DNA from: an uncultured Actinomycetes bacterium
GTDB lineage: Bacteria > Actinomycetota > Actinomycetes > S36-B12 > CAIYMF01
Length of the DNA stretch: 32,000 bases
Assembly: GCA_963843975.1 (NCBI GenBank)
Contig: CAWJMG010000003.1
Coordinates: 150,001 to 182,000, forward strand
Direction: 5' to 3'
The translations under genes and the position numbers were made by a program. Shown here in pieces: positions 9,123 through 18,830 of the stretch; the stretch's first letter is position 1; the number at the start of each line of letters is the position of its first letter. Under the pieces are notes generated by a model, which did no database searches, had not been told where the DNA came from, and saw only the letters and a list, made by a program, of their open reading frames with translations.

Positions 9123-9983
9123 ATGTGCGGCGTGACGACGGCGACCGCGGGCGTGCTCCGCGTGCTCGGGCCGCGCGACCTGCCCGAGGTCCGCGCGCTG
9201 CTGGCGCGCGACCCGGTCAAGCACTGCTTCGTGGCCTCGCGCGTTCTCACCAGCGGTCTCGACACCTGGCGCATGGGCGGCGAGCTCTGGGGCTGGACCG
9301 AGGACGGCGAGCTCACCTCGCTGCTCTACCTCGGCGCCAACCTCGTGCCGGTCGAGACCACGCCCGAGGCCCGGCGGGCCTTCGCCGACCGCTGCCGCCG
9401 CATCGGGCGGCGCTGCTCGTCGATCGTGGGGCCGTCCGAGGACGTCTCGGTCCTCTGGAGCCTGCTCTCCGAGTCCTGGGGCCCGGCGCGCGAGGTGCGT
9501 GCCTCCCAGCCCGTGATGGTCATCGAGCCGGGCTCGCCGGTGCTCGTGCCTGCCGACCCGCTCGTACGCCGGGTCCGCGAGGACGAGATCGACATCCTGC
9601 TGCCGGCCTGCGTCGCCATGTTCACCGAGGAGGTCGGCGTCTCGCCCCTGGCCGGTGGCGGCGCCGATCCCTACCGCGCCCGCATCGCCGAGCTCGTGCG
9701 TGCCGGGCGTGCCTTCGCGCGCATCGAGAGCGGTCGCGTCCTGACCAAGGCCGAGGTGGGCGCGGTCGGCGACGGCGTCTGCCAGGTGCAGGGCGTGTGG
9801 ACGACGCCAGAGCTCCGCGGCCACGGCTTCGGCCAGGCAGCCATGGCGCAGGTGGTCGAGCTCGCGCGCGACATCACGCCCGTGGTGAGCCTGTACGTCA
9901 ACGATTTCAACGTGGTCGCGCGCCACGTCTACGAGCGGGTCGGCTTCCACGAGTCGACGACGTTCTCCACCGTCCTGTTCTGA
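9123..9983 (+). CDS. GNAT family N-acetyltransferase with N-terminal DUF4081-like domain (Rv2867c-like, conserved neighbour of ispG)
   Basis: The C-terminal GNAT core is VWTTPELRGHGFGQAAMAQVV ... HVYERVGF. Its ~190-aa N-terminal extension and its position next to ispG match the mycobacterial arrangement as I recall it. The start could instead be GTG 9132. Confidence 0.8.
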   Translation: MCGVTTATAGVLRVLGPRDLPEVRALLARDPVKHCFVASRVLTSGLDTWRMGGELWGWTEDGELTSLLYLGANLVPVETTPEARRAFADRCRRIGRRCSSIVGPSEDVSVLWSLLSESWGPAREVRASQPVMVIEPGSPVLVPADPLVRRVREDEIDILLPACVAMFTEEVGVSPLAGGGADPYRARIAELVRAGRAFARIESGRVLTKAEVGAVGDGVCQVQGVWTTPELRGHGFGQAAMAQVVELARDITPVVSLYVNDFNVVARHVYERVGFHESTTFSTVLF

Positions 9984-10069
9984 CGGCGCCCGGCTACGCG
10001 CTGCGCACGCGCGGGCCGACTCCGGTGATCCTCTGCCGATCCTCGTACGAGCAGTGCCAGCATCGGCCC

Positions 10070-10657
10070 ATGCGCATCTTCCTGGTTCCCGCAGCCGTCG
10101 TGACGGCCCTCGTCCTCACCTCGTGCGGCGGCGCGAAGGACGCTGCGTCCTCCGCGATCGACCGAGCCGAGAGCGCGGCGTCCCAGGCGGGCGACGCGGC
10201 CTCCTCGGCCGCGGCAGCCGTCTCCTCGGCGGCAGCAGCTGCGACGTCGGCCGCAGCGGCCACCGGCGACGTCGACTGCGGCGCCCTCAGCAAGGACGAC
10301 GTCGCGAAGTTCGTCGTCTACACCCAGCTCCTGGCCCAGGCCGGGTCGGCCGACAGCATCGACCTGCTCCGCACGGGCGGCGTGACCGACTACTCGCCCG
10401 AGGCCATGGCGACCGTTCTCGACCACATGGGCGTGCTCAAGGGCCACCCCGGCCCGGGCCAGCCAGACCCGGCCGCTGCCCTCGCCTACTTCGCGACGGC
10501 CAACGAGCTCGTCGGCCAGATGGTGGCGGCGAGCGGCGCGCCCACCCAGGCCCAGCTCGACGCCTACAAGACGGCGATCGTCGACGTACCGACGGCCCTG
10601 AAGAACCAGTTCGCGATCAACCTGTCCCTCGGCACGAGCTGCAGCAACCTGGGCTGA
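10070..10657 (+). CDS. Putative lipoprotein, Ala/Ser-rich linker (195 aa)
   Basis: Signal peptide plus lipobox [21 protein letters not shown], followed by a low-complexity Ala/Ser region and a globular C-terminal part. The listed 9125..10657 ORF is a read-through extension. Confidence 0.7.
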   Translation: MRIFLVPAAVVTALVLTSCGGAKDAASSAIDRAESAASQAGDAASSAAAAVSSAAAAATSAAAATGDVDCGALSKDDVAKFVVYTQLLAQAGSADSIDLLRTGGVTDYSPEAMATVLDHMGVLKGHPGPGQPDPAAALAYFATANELVGQMVAASGAPTQAQLDAYKTAIVDVPTALKNQFAINLSLGTSCSNLG

Positions 10658-10704
10658 CTCGCGCGGCCCGACCACCCCTCGGCGTGGGGGAGGATGGTGG
10701 GGTG

Positions 10705-11952
10705 ATGCGCCGTCCCGCCCCCGACTCCCTGTGGGCGGACTCGGACTTCCGGCTCTACTGGGTCAGCCGGGTCATCTCGTACGCCGGCGGCACGATCACG
10801 TACGTGGCCGCACCGATCCTGGTCTACGCGCTCACCGGCTCGGCGCTGCTCACCGGCGTCACTGCGGCCACCGAGGGCCTGCCGTACCTGCTGTTCGGGC
10901 TCTTCGCCGGCGCGATCGCAGACCGCGTCGACCGCCGCCGGCTCATGGTCGGCGCGGACGTGATCAACGCTGTCGTCCTCGCGACCGTGCCTGTCGCAGC
11001 AGCCTTCGACAGGCTCACGGCGGCGCACGTGATCCTCGTCGGCCTCGTGACGATGACGGTGTTCGTCTTCTGGGACGCCGCGAACTTCGGGGCCGTGCCG
11101 ACCCTTGTCGGCAAGGAGCGCATCCGCGAGGCCAACAACGCGGTGTGGGGCGCGACCCAGGTGTTCGACGTCGTGCTCCCGGGCCTCGTGGGCCTCGTCG
11201 TCGCGTGGCTCGCGCCGTCGACGCTGTACTGGGTGAACGCGTTCACGTTCCTCGCCAGCGCCTTCCTCGTCCGCAGCATCGTGCGCAACCTGTCGGGCGA
11301 GCGCGACCCGCATGCCGGCCGCCTGCGCGAGGACGTGCTCACCGGTCTGCGCTGGCTCTGGGCCCACACGACGCTGCGCACGATGACGTTCATCGGCACC
11401 ACCGTGTCGTTCAGCATGGGCGCCGTGATGGGCCAGCTGGTGCCGTTCGCCGACCAGGTGCTCGGCATCCGTCAGGGCGACGTGCGGCTGGGCGGGGTGT
11501 TCGCGGTCTTCAGCCTCGGCGGCCTCGTGGGCACGCTGGCGAGCAGATGGCTCAAGCCGTTCACGGCGGCGCGCGTCAGCCTGGTGAGCACGTCGCTCAT
11601 GGCCGTTCTCATCGTCCTCATCCCGTGGCCGCGCGACTACCGCGTCACGTTCGTGCTCGTCTTCCTGTTCGGCGTGGTCAACCTCGTCAGCGTCGTCAAC
11701 AACATCACCTTCCGCCAGGAGGAGACGCCCGAGGACATGCAGAGCCGGGTCAACACCACCGGCCGCATGCTCAGCTGGGGCCTCGGCGCACCGGCCGGCG
11801 CGCTCGTGGGCGGCGTGGTCGCGCACGCCTACGGCCCGGCGCTCGGCATGGCGTCGGGCAGCATCGTCGTGGTGGTGGGCGTGGTGCTCGGCTGGGCCTC
11901 GGCCCTCGGCAGGATCCCGGCCCGCCGAGATCTCGTGGGCGACCCTGCCTGA
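10705..11952 (+). CDS. MFS transporter (EntS/MFS_3-like)
   Basis: Multiple hydrophobic segments and the MFS motif-A-like [20 protein letters not shown] 10705 (or GTG 10702) is preceded by GGGGGAGGA. Confidence 0.85.
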   Translation: MRRPAPDSLWADSDFRLYWVSRVISYAGGTITYVAAPILVYALTGSALLTGVTAATEGLPYLLFGLFAGAIADRVDRRRLMVGADVINAVVLATVPVAAAFDRLTAAHVILVGLVTMTVFVFWDAANFGAVPTLVGKERIREANNAVWGATQVFDVVLPGLVGLVVAWLAPSTLYWVNAFTFLASAFLVRSIVRNLSGERDPHAGRLREDVLTGLRWLWAHTTLRTMTFIGTTVSFSMGAVMGQLVPFADQVLGIRQGDVRLGGVFAVFSLGGLVGTLASRWLKPFTAARVSLVSTSLMAVLIVLIPWPRDYRVTFVLVFLFGVVNLVSVVNNITFRQEETPEDMQSRVNTTGRMLSWGLGAPAGALVGGVVAHAYGPALGMASGSIVVVVGVVLGWASALGRIPARRDLVGDPA

Positions 11953-12017
11953 CCGGCCGATATCCTTCGGATCCGCGCACTGCCCGCTCGTCCCGCTCCC
12001 GGCCCCTGGAGATCCCC

Positions 12018-13781
12018 GTGCTGCTCCGCATGTCGTCGCTGTTCCTGCGCACCCTGCGTGAGGACCCGGCCGACGCCGAGGTGCCGAGCCACAGGCTCCT
12101 GGTCCGCGCGGGCTACGTTCGTCGCGTCGCGCCCGGCATCTTCACCTGGCTGCCCCTCGGCTACACGGTCTACCGCAACGTCGAGCGCATCATCCGCGCC
12201 GAGATGGACGCCGCGGGCTTCCAGGAGGTCCACTTCCCGGCGCTGCTGCCCCGCGAGCCCTACGAGGCCACCAACCGCTGGACGGAGTACGGCGCCGGCC
12301 TGTTCAGGCTCCAGGACCGCCGCGGCAACGACTTCCTGCTCGGCCCCACGCACGAGGAGATGTTCACGCTCCTCGTGAAGGGCGAGTACTCGTCGTACAA
12401 GGACCTGCCGCTGTCGATCTACCAGATCCAGACGAAGTACCGCGACGAGGCGCGTCCCCGCGCGGGCATCCTGCGCGGCCGCGAGTTCGTGATGAAGGAC
12501 TCCTACTCCTTCGACATCGACGACGCCGGCCTGCAGGTGTCGTACGACAAGCACCGCGCCGCCTACCAGGCCACGTTCCAGCGACTCGGCCTCGACTACG
12601 TCATCGTCTCCGCGCAGTCCGGTGCGATGGGCGGCTCGGCGTCCGAGGAGTTCCTCGCGCCGACCGAGAGCGGCGAGGACACCTACGTCCGCTGCACCTC
12701 GTGCGACTACGCCGCCAACGTCGAGGCGGTCGTCACCCCCGTGCCCGACGCCATCCCGTACGCCGATGCGCCCGCGGCCCACGTCGAGGACACCCCTGAC
12801 ACCCCGACCATCGACACGCTGGTGGCCGCGGCCAACGCGTCGCAGCCCCGTCCGGATCGCGCGTGGACTGCGGCCGACACGCTCAAGAACGTCGCGTTCA
12901 CGGTGTCGCTGCCCGACGGCACGTCCTACCCGCTCGTCGTCGGCCTGCCCGGCGACCGCGACGTCGACATGAAGCGGCTCGAGGCCGTGCTGCAGCCCGG
13001 CGAGCCCACGCCCATGGACGAGGTCGAGCTGAAGAAGCACGCGCTCCTCGTGAAGGGCTACATCGGCCCCGAGGTGCTCGGCGAGGAGTCCGCGAGCGGC
13101 ATCCGGTACGTCGTCGACCCGCGCGTGGTCGAGGGCACCCGCTGGATCACCGGAGCGAACGTCCACGGCAAGCACGTGTTCGACCTCGTGATGGGCCGCG
13201 ACTTCACGCCCGACGGCACGATCGAGGCCGCCGAGGTGCTCCCCGGCGACGTCTGCCCGCGCTGCAGCTCCGCGCTCGAGATGGCGCGCGGCATCGAGAT
13301 CGGCCACATCTTCCAGCTCGGTCGCAAGTACGCCGAGGCGCTCGAGCTCAAGGTGCTCGACGAGAACGGCAAGCAGCAGGTCGTCACCATGGGCTCGTAC
13401 GGCATCGGCGTCTCGCGCGCCGTCGCCGCGATCGCCGAGCAGAGCTACGACGAGATCGGCCTGTGCTGGCCGCGCGAGGTCGCGCCCGCCGACGTCCACC
13501 TCGTGGCCACCGGCAAGGACCAGGCCGTCTACGAGTACGCCGAGACCCTCGCGGAGGGCCTCGTCGCACAGGGCCTCCGCGTGATCTACGACGACCGCAA
13601 GCAGGCCTCGCCCGGCGTGAAGTTCAAGGACTCCGAGCTCATCGGCGTCCCGACCATAGTCGTGGTCGGCAAGGGTCTCGCTGACGGCGTCGTCGAGCTC
13701 AAGGACCGCAAGTCGGGCGAGAAGGTCGAGCTCGCCGCAGACGGCGCCCTCGACGCGATCGTCGCTGCCTGCCGCGCATGA
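12018..13781 (+). CDS. proS: Proline--tRNA ligase
   Basis: [42 protein letters not shown] matches the canonical bacterial ProS N-terminus. Class II motifs are present ([26 protein letters not shown]), as is an editing-domain insertion. GTG 12018 follows GGAGA; ATG 12030 is the alternative start. Confidence 0.93.
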   Translation: MLLRMSSLFLRTLREDPADAEVPSHRLLVRAGYVRRVAPGIFTWLPLGYTVYRNVERIIRAEMDAAGFQEVHFPALLPREPYEATNRWTEYGAGLFRLQDRRGNDFLLGPTHEEMFTLLVKGEYSSYKDLPLSIYQIQTKYRDEARPRAGILRGREFVMKDSYSFDIDDAGLQVSYDKHRAAYQATFQRLGLDYVIVSAQSGAMGGSASEEFLAPTESGEDTYVRCTSCDYAANVEAVVTPVPDAIPYADAPAAHVEDTPDTPTIDTLVAAANASQPRPDRAWTAADTLKNVAFTVSLPDGTSYPLVVGLPGDRDVDMKRLEAVLQPGEPTPMDEVELKKHALLVKGYIGPEVLGEESASGIRYVVDPRVVEGTRWITGANVHGKHVFDLVMGRDFTPDGTIEAAEVLPGDVCPRCSSALEMARGIEIGHIFQLGRKYAEALELKVLDENGKQQVVTMGSYGIGVSRAVAAIAEQSYDEIGLCWPREVAPADVHLVATGKDQAVYEYAETLAEGLVAQGLRVIYDDRKQASPGVKFKDSELIGVPTIVVVGKGLADGVVELKDRKSGEKVELAADGALDAIVAACRA

Positions 13782-14524
13782 GCGCCGTCGACGCCGTCGT
13801 CTTCGACTGGGGCGGCACGCTCACGCCCTGGCACGAGATCGACCTCGTGGCGCAGTGGTACGCCTACGCCCAGGTCTACGACCCCGTGCACGGCGCCGAG
13901 CTCGCGCGTCGCCTGTTCGATGCCGAGGAGTCGTTCTGGCAGCGCCAGCGCGCGACGTCCGGAGCGTCCGGCACCGGGCACCTCGACGGAGTGTTCGAGC
14001 GGGCCGGCATCGACACGTCGAGCTGGCAGCACCGCGATGCGCTCGAGGCCTACCTCGACGCCTGGGACCCGCACACCCACACCAGCCCCGAGGTCGTGCC
14101 GCTGCTCGAGGCGCTGCGCGCCGACGGCATCCGCGTGGGTGTCCTCTCCAACACCATGTGGCCCAGGGCCTTCCACGAGCAGGTCTTCACGCGCGACGGC
14201 GTCCTGCACCTGATCGACGGCGCGGTCTACACGAGCGAGACGCCCGTGGGGAAGCCGCACGCCGACGCGTTCGCACTGGCGCTCTCCGCCATCGGCGTAA
14301 CGGACCCGAGCCGCGTGGTGTTCGTCGGCGACCGTCCGTGGGACGACGTCCACGGCGCCCAGCAGGTCGGCATGCGCGCGATCCTCGTGCCGCACTCGGA
14401 CATCCCCGAGCACCAGCAGGTCCCGGTCGACGTCACGCCCGACGCCGTCGTGCAGAGCATCGGCGACGTGCTCGACGTCGTCCGCGGGTGGAACGCCGGG
14501 GCGGCCCGCGCCGCCGGCGCCTGA
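13778..14524 (+). CDS. HAD-superfamily hydrolase
   Basis: [10 protein letters not shown] (motif I), VLSNT (motif II) and [14 protein letters not shown] (motif IV). ATG overlaps the proS stop (ATGA). Confidence 0.8.
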   Translation: MSAVDAVVFDWGGTLTPWHEIDLVAQWYAYAQVYDPVHGAELARRLFDAEESFWQRQRATSGASGTGHLDGVFERAGIDTSSWQHRDALEAYLDAWDPHTHTSPEVVPLLEALRADGIRVGVLSNTMWPRAFHEQVFTRDGVLHLIDGAVYTSETPVGKPHADAFALALSAIGVTDPSRVVFVGDRPWDDVHGAQQVGMRAILVPHSDIPEHQQVPVDVTPDAVVQSIGDVLDVVRGWNAGAARAAGA

Positions 14525-14534
14525 TCCAGCTCCG

Positions 14535-15332
14535 ATGGACACCGTCCTCGGCGTCGCGCCGCTCGTTCTCGTGGCGCTGCTCGGGGCGGCGATGCTCGCA
14601 GGCTGGGTCGACGCCGTGTCCGGCGGTGGCGGTCTCGTGCAGCTGCCCGCGCTGCTCGTCGCCCTGCCCGGGGCCGAGCCCGCGACGGTGCTGGGGACGA
14701 ACAAGGCCTCGTCGATCGTGGGCACCTCGGCCGCGGCACTGACGTACCGCCGCGCCGCCGTGACGGACGTGGGCACCGCCGTTCGGATGGCGGGCGCCGC
14801 GTTCGTCGGGTCTGCGTGCGGTGCCGTGCTCGCGACGCGCGTGCCCGGCTCGCTGTTCCGCCCCCTGGCTCTCGTTCTGCTCGTCGTCGTCGGGCTCTGG
14901 ACGTTGCTGCGGCCGAACCTCGGCGAGACCCAGGAGCTGCGGTGGCACGGCACCGAGTCGCATGCGCGCCACGGCCTCGCAGCGCTGGCCCTCGGCGCGG
15001 GCATCGGCCTGTACGACGGCGTCTTCGGCCCCGGCACCGGCACGTTCCTGGTGTTCGGCCTCGTCTCCCTGCTCGGCTACTCGTTCCTCAACGCCTCGGC
15101 GATCGCGAAGGTCGTGAACGTCTCGACCAACCTCGCAGCGCTCATCGTCTTCGGCCTCGGCGGCCACGTGCTCTGGGCGCTCGGCCTCGCGATGGGCGCG
15201 GCCAACCTCGTCGGGGGAGTCGTCGGCGCGCGTACGGCGGTGAAGCGCGGCTCCGGCTTCGTGCGGATCGTGTTCCTCGTAGTGGTCGCCGTACTCCTGG
15301 TGAAGCTGGGCTCCGACGTCCTCCTCGGCTGA
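14535..15332 (+). CDS. TauE/SafE (TSUP, DUF81) family anion exporter membrane protein
   Basis: Eight hydrophobic segments, with AGWVDAVSGGGGLVQLPAL and GTNKASS motifs typical of the family. Confidence 0.8.
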   Translation: MDTVLGVAPLVLVALLGAAMLAGWVDAVSGGGGLVQLPALLVALPGAEPATVLGTNKASSIVGTSAAALTYRRAAVTDVGTAVRMAGAAFVGSACGAVLATRVPGSLFRPLALVLLVVVGLWTLLRPNLGETQELRWHGTESHARHGLAALALGAGIGLYDGVFGPGTGTFLVFGLVSLLGYSFLNASAIAKVVNVSTNLAALIVFGLGGHVLWALGLAMGAANLVGGVVGARTAVKRGSGFVRIVFLVVVAVLLVKLGSDVLLG

Positions 15333-15462
15333 TCCACAAGTCATGACCTGCGCTGCTGCTCCTGACTGAGGCCGGCTCGTCGTTCACAGGGTGTGGACGA
15401 GTGATCGCCGTAAGTGGTTGGGATTGCTCAGGTTTCGGCGTTGTCAGGGCTTGCGAGCTGAA

Positions 15463-15478
15463 TAGAACACGTGTACGA
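15463..15478 (+). promoter_or_regulatory. SOS (LexA) box-like palindrome TAGAAC-ACGT-GTACGA at the 5' end of the HNH gene
   Basis: Matches 10 of 12 specified positions of the actinobacterial consensus TCGAAC-N4-GTTCGA. The central ACACGTGT is a perfect palindrome. It overlaps the first possible start codon (GTG 15471). Confidence 0.4.
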
Positions 15479-17027
15479 TCGCGGTATGGATTCCACCCCG
15501 GGCACCCGCGAGGTCATCGACCTCGCGGGCGGTTCGCTGGGCGAGGACATCGCGGTGGCTGAGCAGCTGTTCGCACGGCTCGGAGCCCGTCTGGCTGCCG
15601 GGGAGCACCGCTCGCTCGAGGGTGCGGAGCAGGTGCGGCTCGTCTCGGTCCTCAACCGTGCCGGGGGTCTGGGCGAGGCCGGTGAGGCGGTCCTGATTCA
15701 TGCCGCCCACTCGTCGGGCGATCTGGCCCGGGTCGGGTTCTTCTCCGTCAAGCGGTTCTACGTCGACTCCCTGGGTGTCTCCACCGCGCAGGCCGGGCAG
15801 GTCGCCAAGCTCGGGCGGGCGCTGGAGAAGTACCCCCGGATCAGGGTCGGGGTCCTGGCGGGTCGGATCTGCCCGGACGCTGCGCGTGCGGCGGCGGAGG
15901 GGATCAACACCGCGACGTCCGACCTGCGCGGTTCTGCTCGCACGGCGGCGCAGGCTCGGGGCGAGGCGATCATCCTCGGGGTCTGCCAGAGCGGGACGAC
16001 GCGGGATGTGGAGCAGGTCGCGGCGTCGTTGATCTTCCACCTCGATCCCGAGGCCGCCGCCCGCAAGGCCCTCGAAGCCCTCGAGAAGCGCGAGATCCGC
16101 GTCGGCACGATCGGTGCGACCGCGGTGGTGCGGATGGTCCTCGATGCGATGACCGCCGCCCGCCTGGTCGAGGTGCTCGAGGCGCGGGTGGATCAGTGGT
16201 TCCGTGCCGGTGCGTTGCCTGAGGAGGACCAGCCCACGGGTGACGCGGACGAGGACGAGCGCCGCCGGTCGATGGCACGGCCGCGGCTGCTGGCGGAGGC
16301 GTTCGCCGAGCTGGTCGGGGAGATGCTCACCGATGCCGGCACCAAGCACGGCAACCCCGCCAACGTGACCCTGCTCGCATCCCAGCACGTCCACGCGAAC
16401 GGCGGGCCCGGCGAGATCCTGATCCCCGGCCGTGACCCGGTCCCGGTGCCGGCGGAGGTCGTCGAAGAGACCCTCTGCGACGCCACCATCACCGACATCC
16501 ACGTGCACGGCCTGCACGCAGACCGGTCCAGCCTGGGGCAGATCGTGCGGAGCGACCGGAGGGTGCGCGAGACCGCAGCCGACATCCACCCGCACGACCT
16601 CGACCCGCACGACCTCACCGGACAGGGTCTGACAGGGCAGTGCGCGCACGTGCACTGCGTCGCCCGCCGCTCGAGGTCGGCGACCCGTGACCAGCGGGCG
16701 GCGCTGGCCGTGCGGGACCGGCACTGCCGGTTCCCCGGCTGCACGGTCGACGCCGCCCGATGCGTCGCCCACCACGTGAAGGAGTGGGAGCACGGAGGCG
16801 CGACCTGCCTGTCGAACCTCGTGCTGCTCTGCCCGCGGCACCACGGCCTCGTGCACCGCGCGACGTGGCGGATCATCGCCGACCCGGGGCTCGATCCCGG
16901 CCATCCCGAACGGTGGCGGTTCTTCCCGCCCGAGACGGGATACGTCGGACGCTACGGAGCACTCCTCGCCGAGCGCCTGCGACGAGGCCAGCCACCCGAA
17001 CCACCACCGCACCACAGCGCCGCCTGA
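15471..17027 (+). CDS. DUF222 / HNH endonuclease domain protein (REP13E12-family-like)
   Basis: The C-terminal HNH motif is CRFPGCTVDAARCVAHHVKEWEHGGATCLSNLVLLCPRHHGLVHRATW, preceded by a long helical DUF222-type N-terminal region. The start may be ATG 15486 (MDSTPG...). Confidence 0.85.
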   Translation: MYDRGMDSTPGTREVIDLAGGSLGEDIAVAEQLFARLGARLAAGEHRSLEGAEQVRLVSVLNRAGGLGEAGEAVLIHAAHSSGDLARVGFFSVKRFYVDSLGVSTAQAGQVAKLGRALEKYPRIRVGVLAGRICPDAARAAAEGINTATSDLRGSARTAAQARGEAIILGVCQSGTTRDVEQVAASLIFHLDPEAAARKALEALEKREIRVGTIGATAVVRMVLDAMTAARLVEVLEARVDQWFRAGALPEEDQPTGDADEDERRRSMARPRLLAEAFAELVGEMLTDAGTKHGNPANVTLLASQHVHANGGPGEILIPGRDPVPVPAEVVEETLCDATITDIHVHGLHADRSSLGQIVRSDRRVRETAADIHPHDLDPHDLTGQGLTGQCAHVHCVARRSRSATRDQRAALAVRDRHCRFPGCTVDAARCVAHHVKEWEHGGATCLSNLVLLCPRHHGLVHRATWRIIADPGLDPGHPERWRFFPPETGYVGRYGALLAERLRRGQPPEPPPHHSAA

Positions 17028-17189
17028 CCCGCAGCAGCCTCCCGCGACCAGCGAATCAGCCCCCGCACCCGCACCGCTCTCCCGTCCCGTCTCCCGTCCC
17101 GACGCCACCACCGGCGATCGGGCCGGAGGCATGTCCGAGCTCGCTCGACGAACGGCGCCGCTGTCGGTGGTCGTGGCTACGGTCGCCGC

Positions 17190-17729
17190 ATGACGTACGC
17201 CGCCGCCGACCGCATCGATCCGCCGCTCGCAGCCGACGAGGCAGCCACGCTCACGGGCTTCCTCGACTTCCAGCGGGCCACGCTGCGGTGGAAGTGCTCG
17301 GGGCTCACGGCCGACCAGCTCGCCACCTCGCTCGCGCCGTCGACCATCACCCTCGGCGGCCTGCTCAAGCACATGGCCGTCGTCGAGGCGGGCTGGCTCA
17401 ACCAGACCTTCGCAGGGGCAGTCGCCCGGCCGAGCTGGCTCGACGAGGTGGACCCGCATGACGACAGCTGGTCGTTCACCACCGCGGCGGGCGCGTCGCC
17501 CGAGCAGCTGTTCGCCTGGCTGGACGAGTCGGTCGCCGTGTCCGAACGCGTGGTCGCCGACGCCGTTGCCTCGCCCGAGGGTCTTGGCTCGCTGTCGGTG
17601 CTGGAACAGGAGGACGGGCAGCACTACTCGCTGCGCTGGATCCTCTGCCACCTGATCGAGGAGTACGCCCGCCACAACGGCCACGCCGATCTCCTCCGCG
17701 AGTCGATCGACGGCCTCACCGGCGAGTAG
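17190..17729 (+). CDS. DinB-family protein (DUF664 / mycothiol-transferase-like four-helix bundle)
   Basis: FLDFQRATLRWKCSGLTADQL ... LLKHMAVVEAGW ... LCHLIEEYARHNGHADLLRESIDG. The His residues sit in the pattern typical of DinB_2/DUF664. Confidence 0.8.
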   Translation: MTYAAADRIDPPLAADEAATLTGFLDFQRATLRWKCSGLTADQLATSLAPSTITLGGLLKHMAVVEAGWLNQTFAGAVARPSWLDEVDPHDDSWSFTTAAGASPEQLFAWLDESVAVSERVVADAVASPEGLGSLSVLEQEDGQHYSLRWILCHLIEEYARHNGHADLLRESIDGLTGE

Positions 17730-17791
17730 CGCCTCACCCAGGCAGGTGCTCGAGACCGCAGGTGTTTCTGAGCAACGCCCTGGGTGAGGTG
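17730..17791. terminator. Long stem-loop between convergent genes (candidate bidirectional terminator)
   Basis: An 11-bp perfect stem CCTCACCCAGG (17732-17742) / CCTGGGTGAGG (17779-17789), extendable by G.U and C-G pairs. The inner sub-stem is TGCTC/GAGCA. It lies between the stops of the DinB gene (17729) and the YkgJ gene (17797). Confidence 0.45.
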
Positions 17792-17796
17792 GGCGC

Positions 17797-18405
17797 TCAG
17801 CGGGCGCGGGCAGCGACCGCGGCGTTGACGACGTCGGTGTCCGCGGGTGCGGCCGTCGACGCGAACACCTCGCGTATCTGCACGGCCAGCACCGCGAGGG
17901 CGGTGGGGTGCGGCGGCCGCACGTCCTCGGGGAGCAGGTCGGCGTGCGCGCCGAGCCAGCGGGCTGCGGCCATCACGGCGTCGTGCGCGACGAGGTCACG
18001 CTCGGTCGGGTGCTCGAACTCCCACCGCCCTGCGCGCTCCGCGACCGCGGGCTTGTCCGCCTCGACGCCGGCCGCGGGGAAGACCCGGCAGTCATACGTG
18101 CGGCACGTCATCGGGCGCTCGGCGTAGATCGTGCAGCCGCGCTCGCCGAGCATCGGGCACCGGCCGCGCGCGTCGTACGGCAGCAGGTGCGAGCCGGGGA
18201 GGAACGGTGCGGGGAACAGCAGCTCGGCCGGGATCACGGAGCGTGCGGCGGTGTCCTCCGGCGTCACGAGGACGAACTGCGACGACGTGCAGCAGCCGGT
18301 GCAGGTGCCGCACGGGACGTCCGACTCGGCCTCGCCGCGCAGCGCGGGCCCGATCGTGCCGAGCCACACGGTGAAGGCCCCGGCCGCGACCGGCGCGGCG
18401 CTCAC
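17797..18405 (-). CDS. YkgJ-family cysteine-cluster protein (CxxCxxCC, UPF0153 zinc/iron-chelating domain)
   Basis: PCGTCTGCCTSSQF motif plus RGRCPMLGERGCTIYAERPMTCRTYDCR. GTG 18405 overlaps the upstream stop (GTGA). The rest of the listed 806-aa ORF is a read-through artefact. Confidence 0.8.
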   Translation of the reverse strand: MSAAPVAAGAFTVWLGTIGPALRGEAESDVPCGTCTGCCTSSQFVLVTPEDTAARSVIPAELLFPAPFLPGSHLLPYDARGRCPMLGERGCTIYAERPMTCRTYDCRVFPAAGVEADKPAVAERAGRWEFEHPTERDLVAHDAVMAAARWLGAHADLLPEDVRPPHPTALAVLAVQIREVFASTAAPADTDVVNAAVAARAR

Positions 18406-18830
18406 TGCGCGCCGTTCCAGACCGGCGCCTTCCCCGACCACGAGACCGACCGGGTCGAGCACTCCTGCGCCGTCAGCGCGGAGTTCAGCCGCTGCTGGGC
18501 CGACGAGGCGGCCGCCAGCGCTGCCCACTGCCCGGCCAGCCGGTCCTCGACGAGCGCGGCCAGCTTCGTGGCGCTCACGGCGTCGTCGACCTCGAACGGC
18601 GGCGTGTACGCCGGTGCCGCGGCACGCGGCGTGCCACCGAGTGCGGTGATCCGCGCCCGCAGCACGTCGCGGTGCGCGCGGTGGGCGGCCATGGCGTCGA
18701 GTGCGCGCGCGGCACCGTCGGAGTCCAGGCGCGCGGCCACGAGGCCGTAGGCGTACACCGCGGCGTCGGTGCCGTCGAGGACGTCGTCGAGCCGCTCGAG
18801 CTCGGCGCCCGGGGCCGGGGTGGCGGTCAT
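18402..18830 (-). CDS. Ferritin-like domain protein (DUF4439-type), no signal peptide, 142 aa
   Basis: LDDVLDGTDAAVYAYGLVAARL ... AMAAHRAHRDVLRARI resembles the Ala-rich ferritin-like proteins found next to rimP in actinobacteria. ATG 18830 overlaps the upstream stop (ATGA). Confidence 0.7.
   Translation of the reverse strand: MTATPAPGAELERLDDVLDGTDAAVYAYGLVAARLDSDGAARALDAMAAHRAHRDVLRARITALGGTPRAAAPAYTPPFEVDDAVSATKLAALVEDRLAGQWAALAAASSAQQRLNSALTAQECSTRSVSWSGKAPVWNGAQ

Noticed and set aside
15376-15401. Stem-loop CTCGTC...GACGAG after the TauE gene
   Set aside because: A 6-bp stem with a 14-nt loop and no U-tract gives insufficient support for a terminator call.
15442-15463. PafBC / RecA-independent promoter motif (TGTCAGTG-N8-TANNNT) upstream of the HNH gene
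   Set aside because: Only the upstream half (TGTCAGGG) matches. No TANNNT hexamer sits at the required 8-nt spacing.
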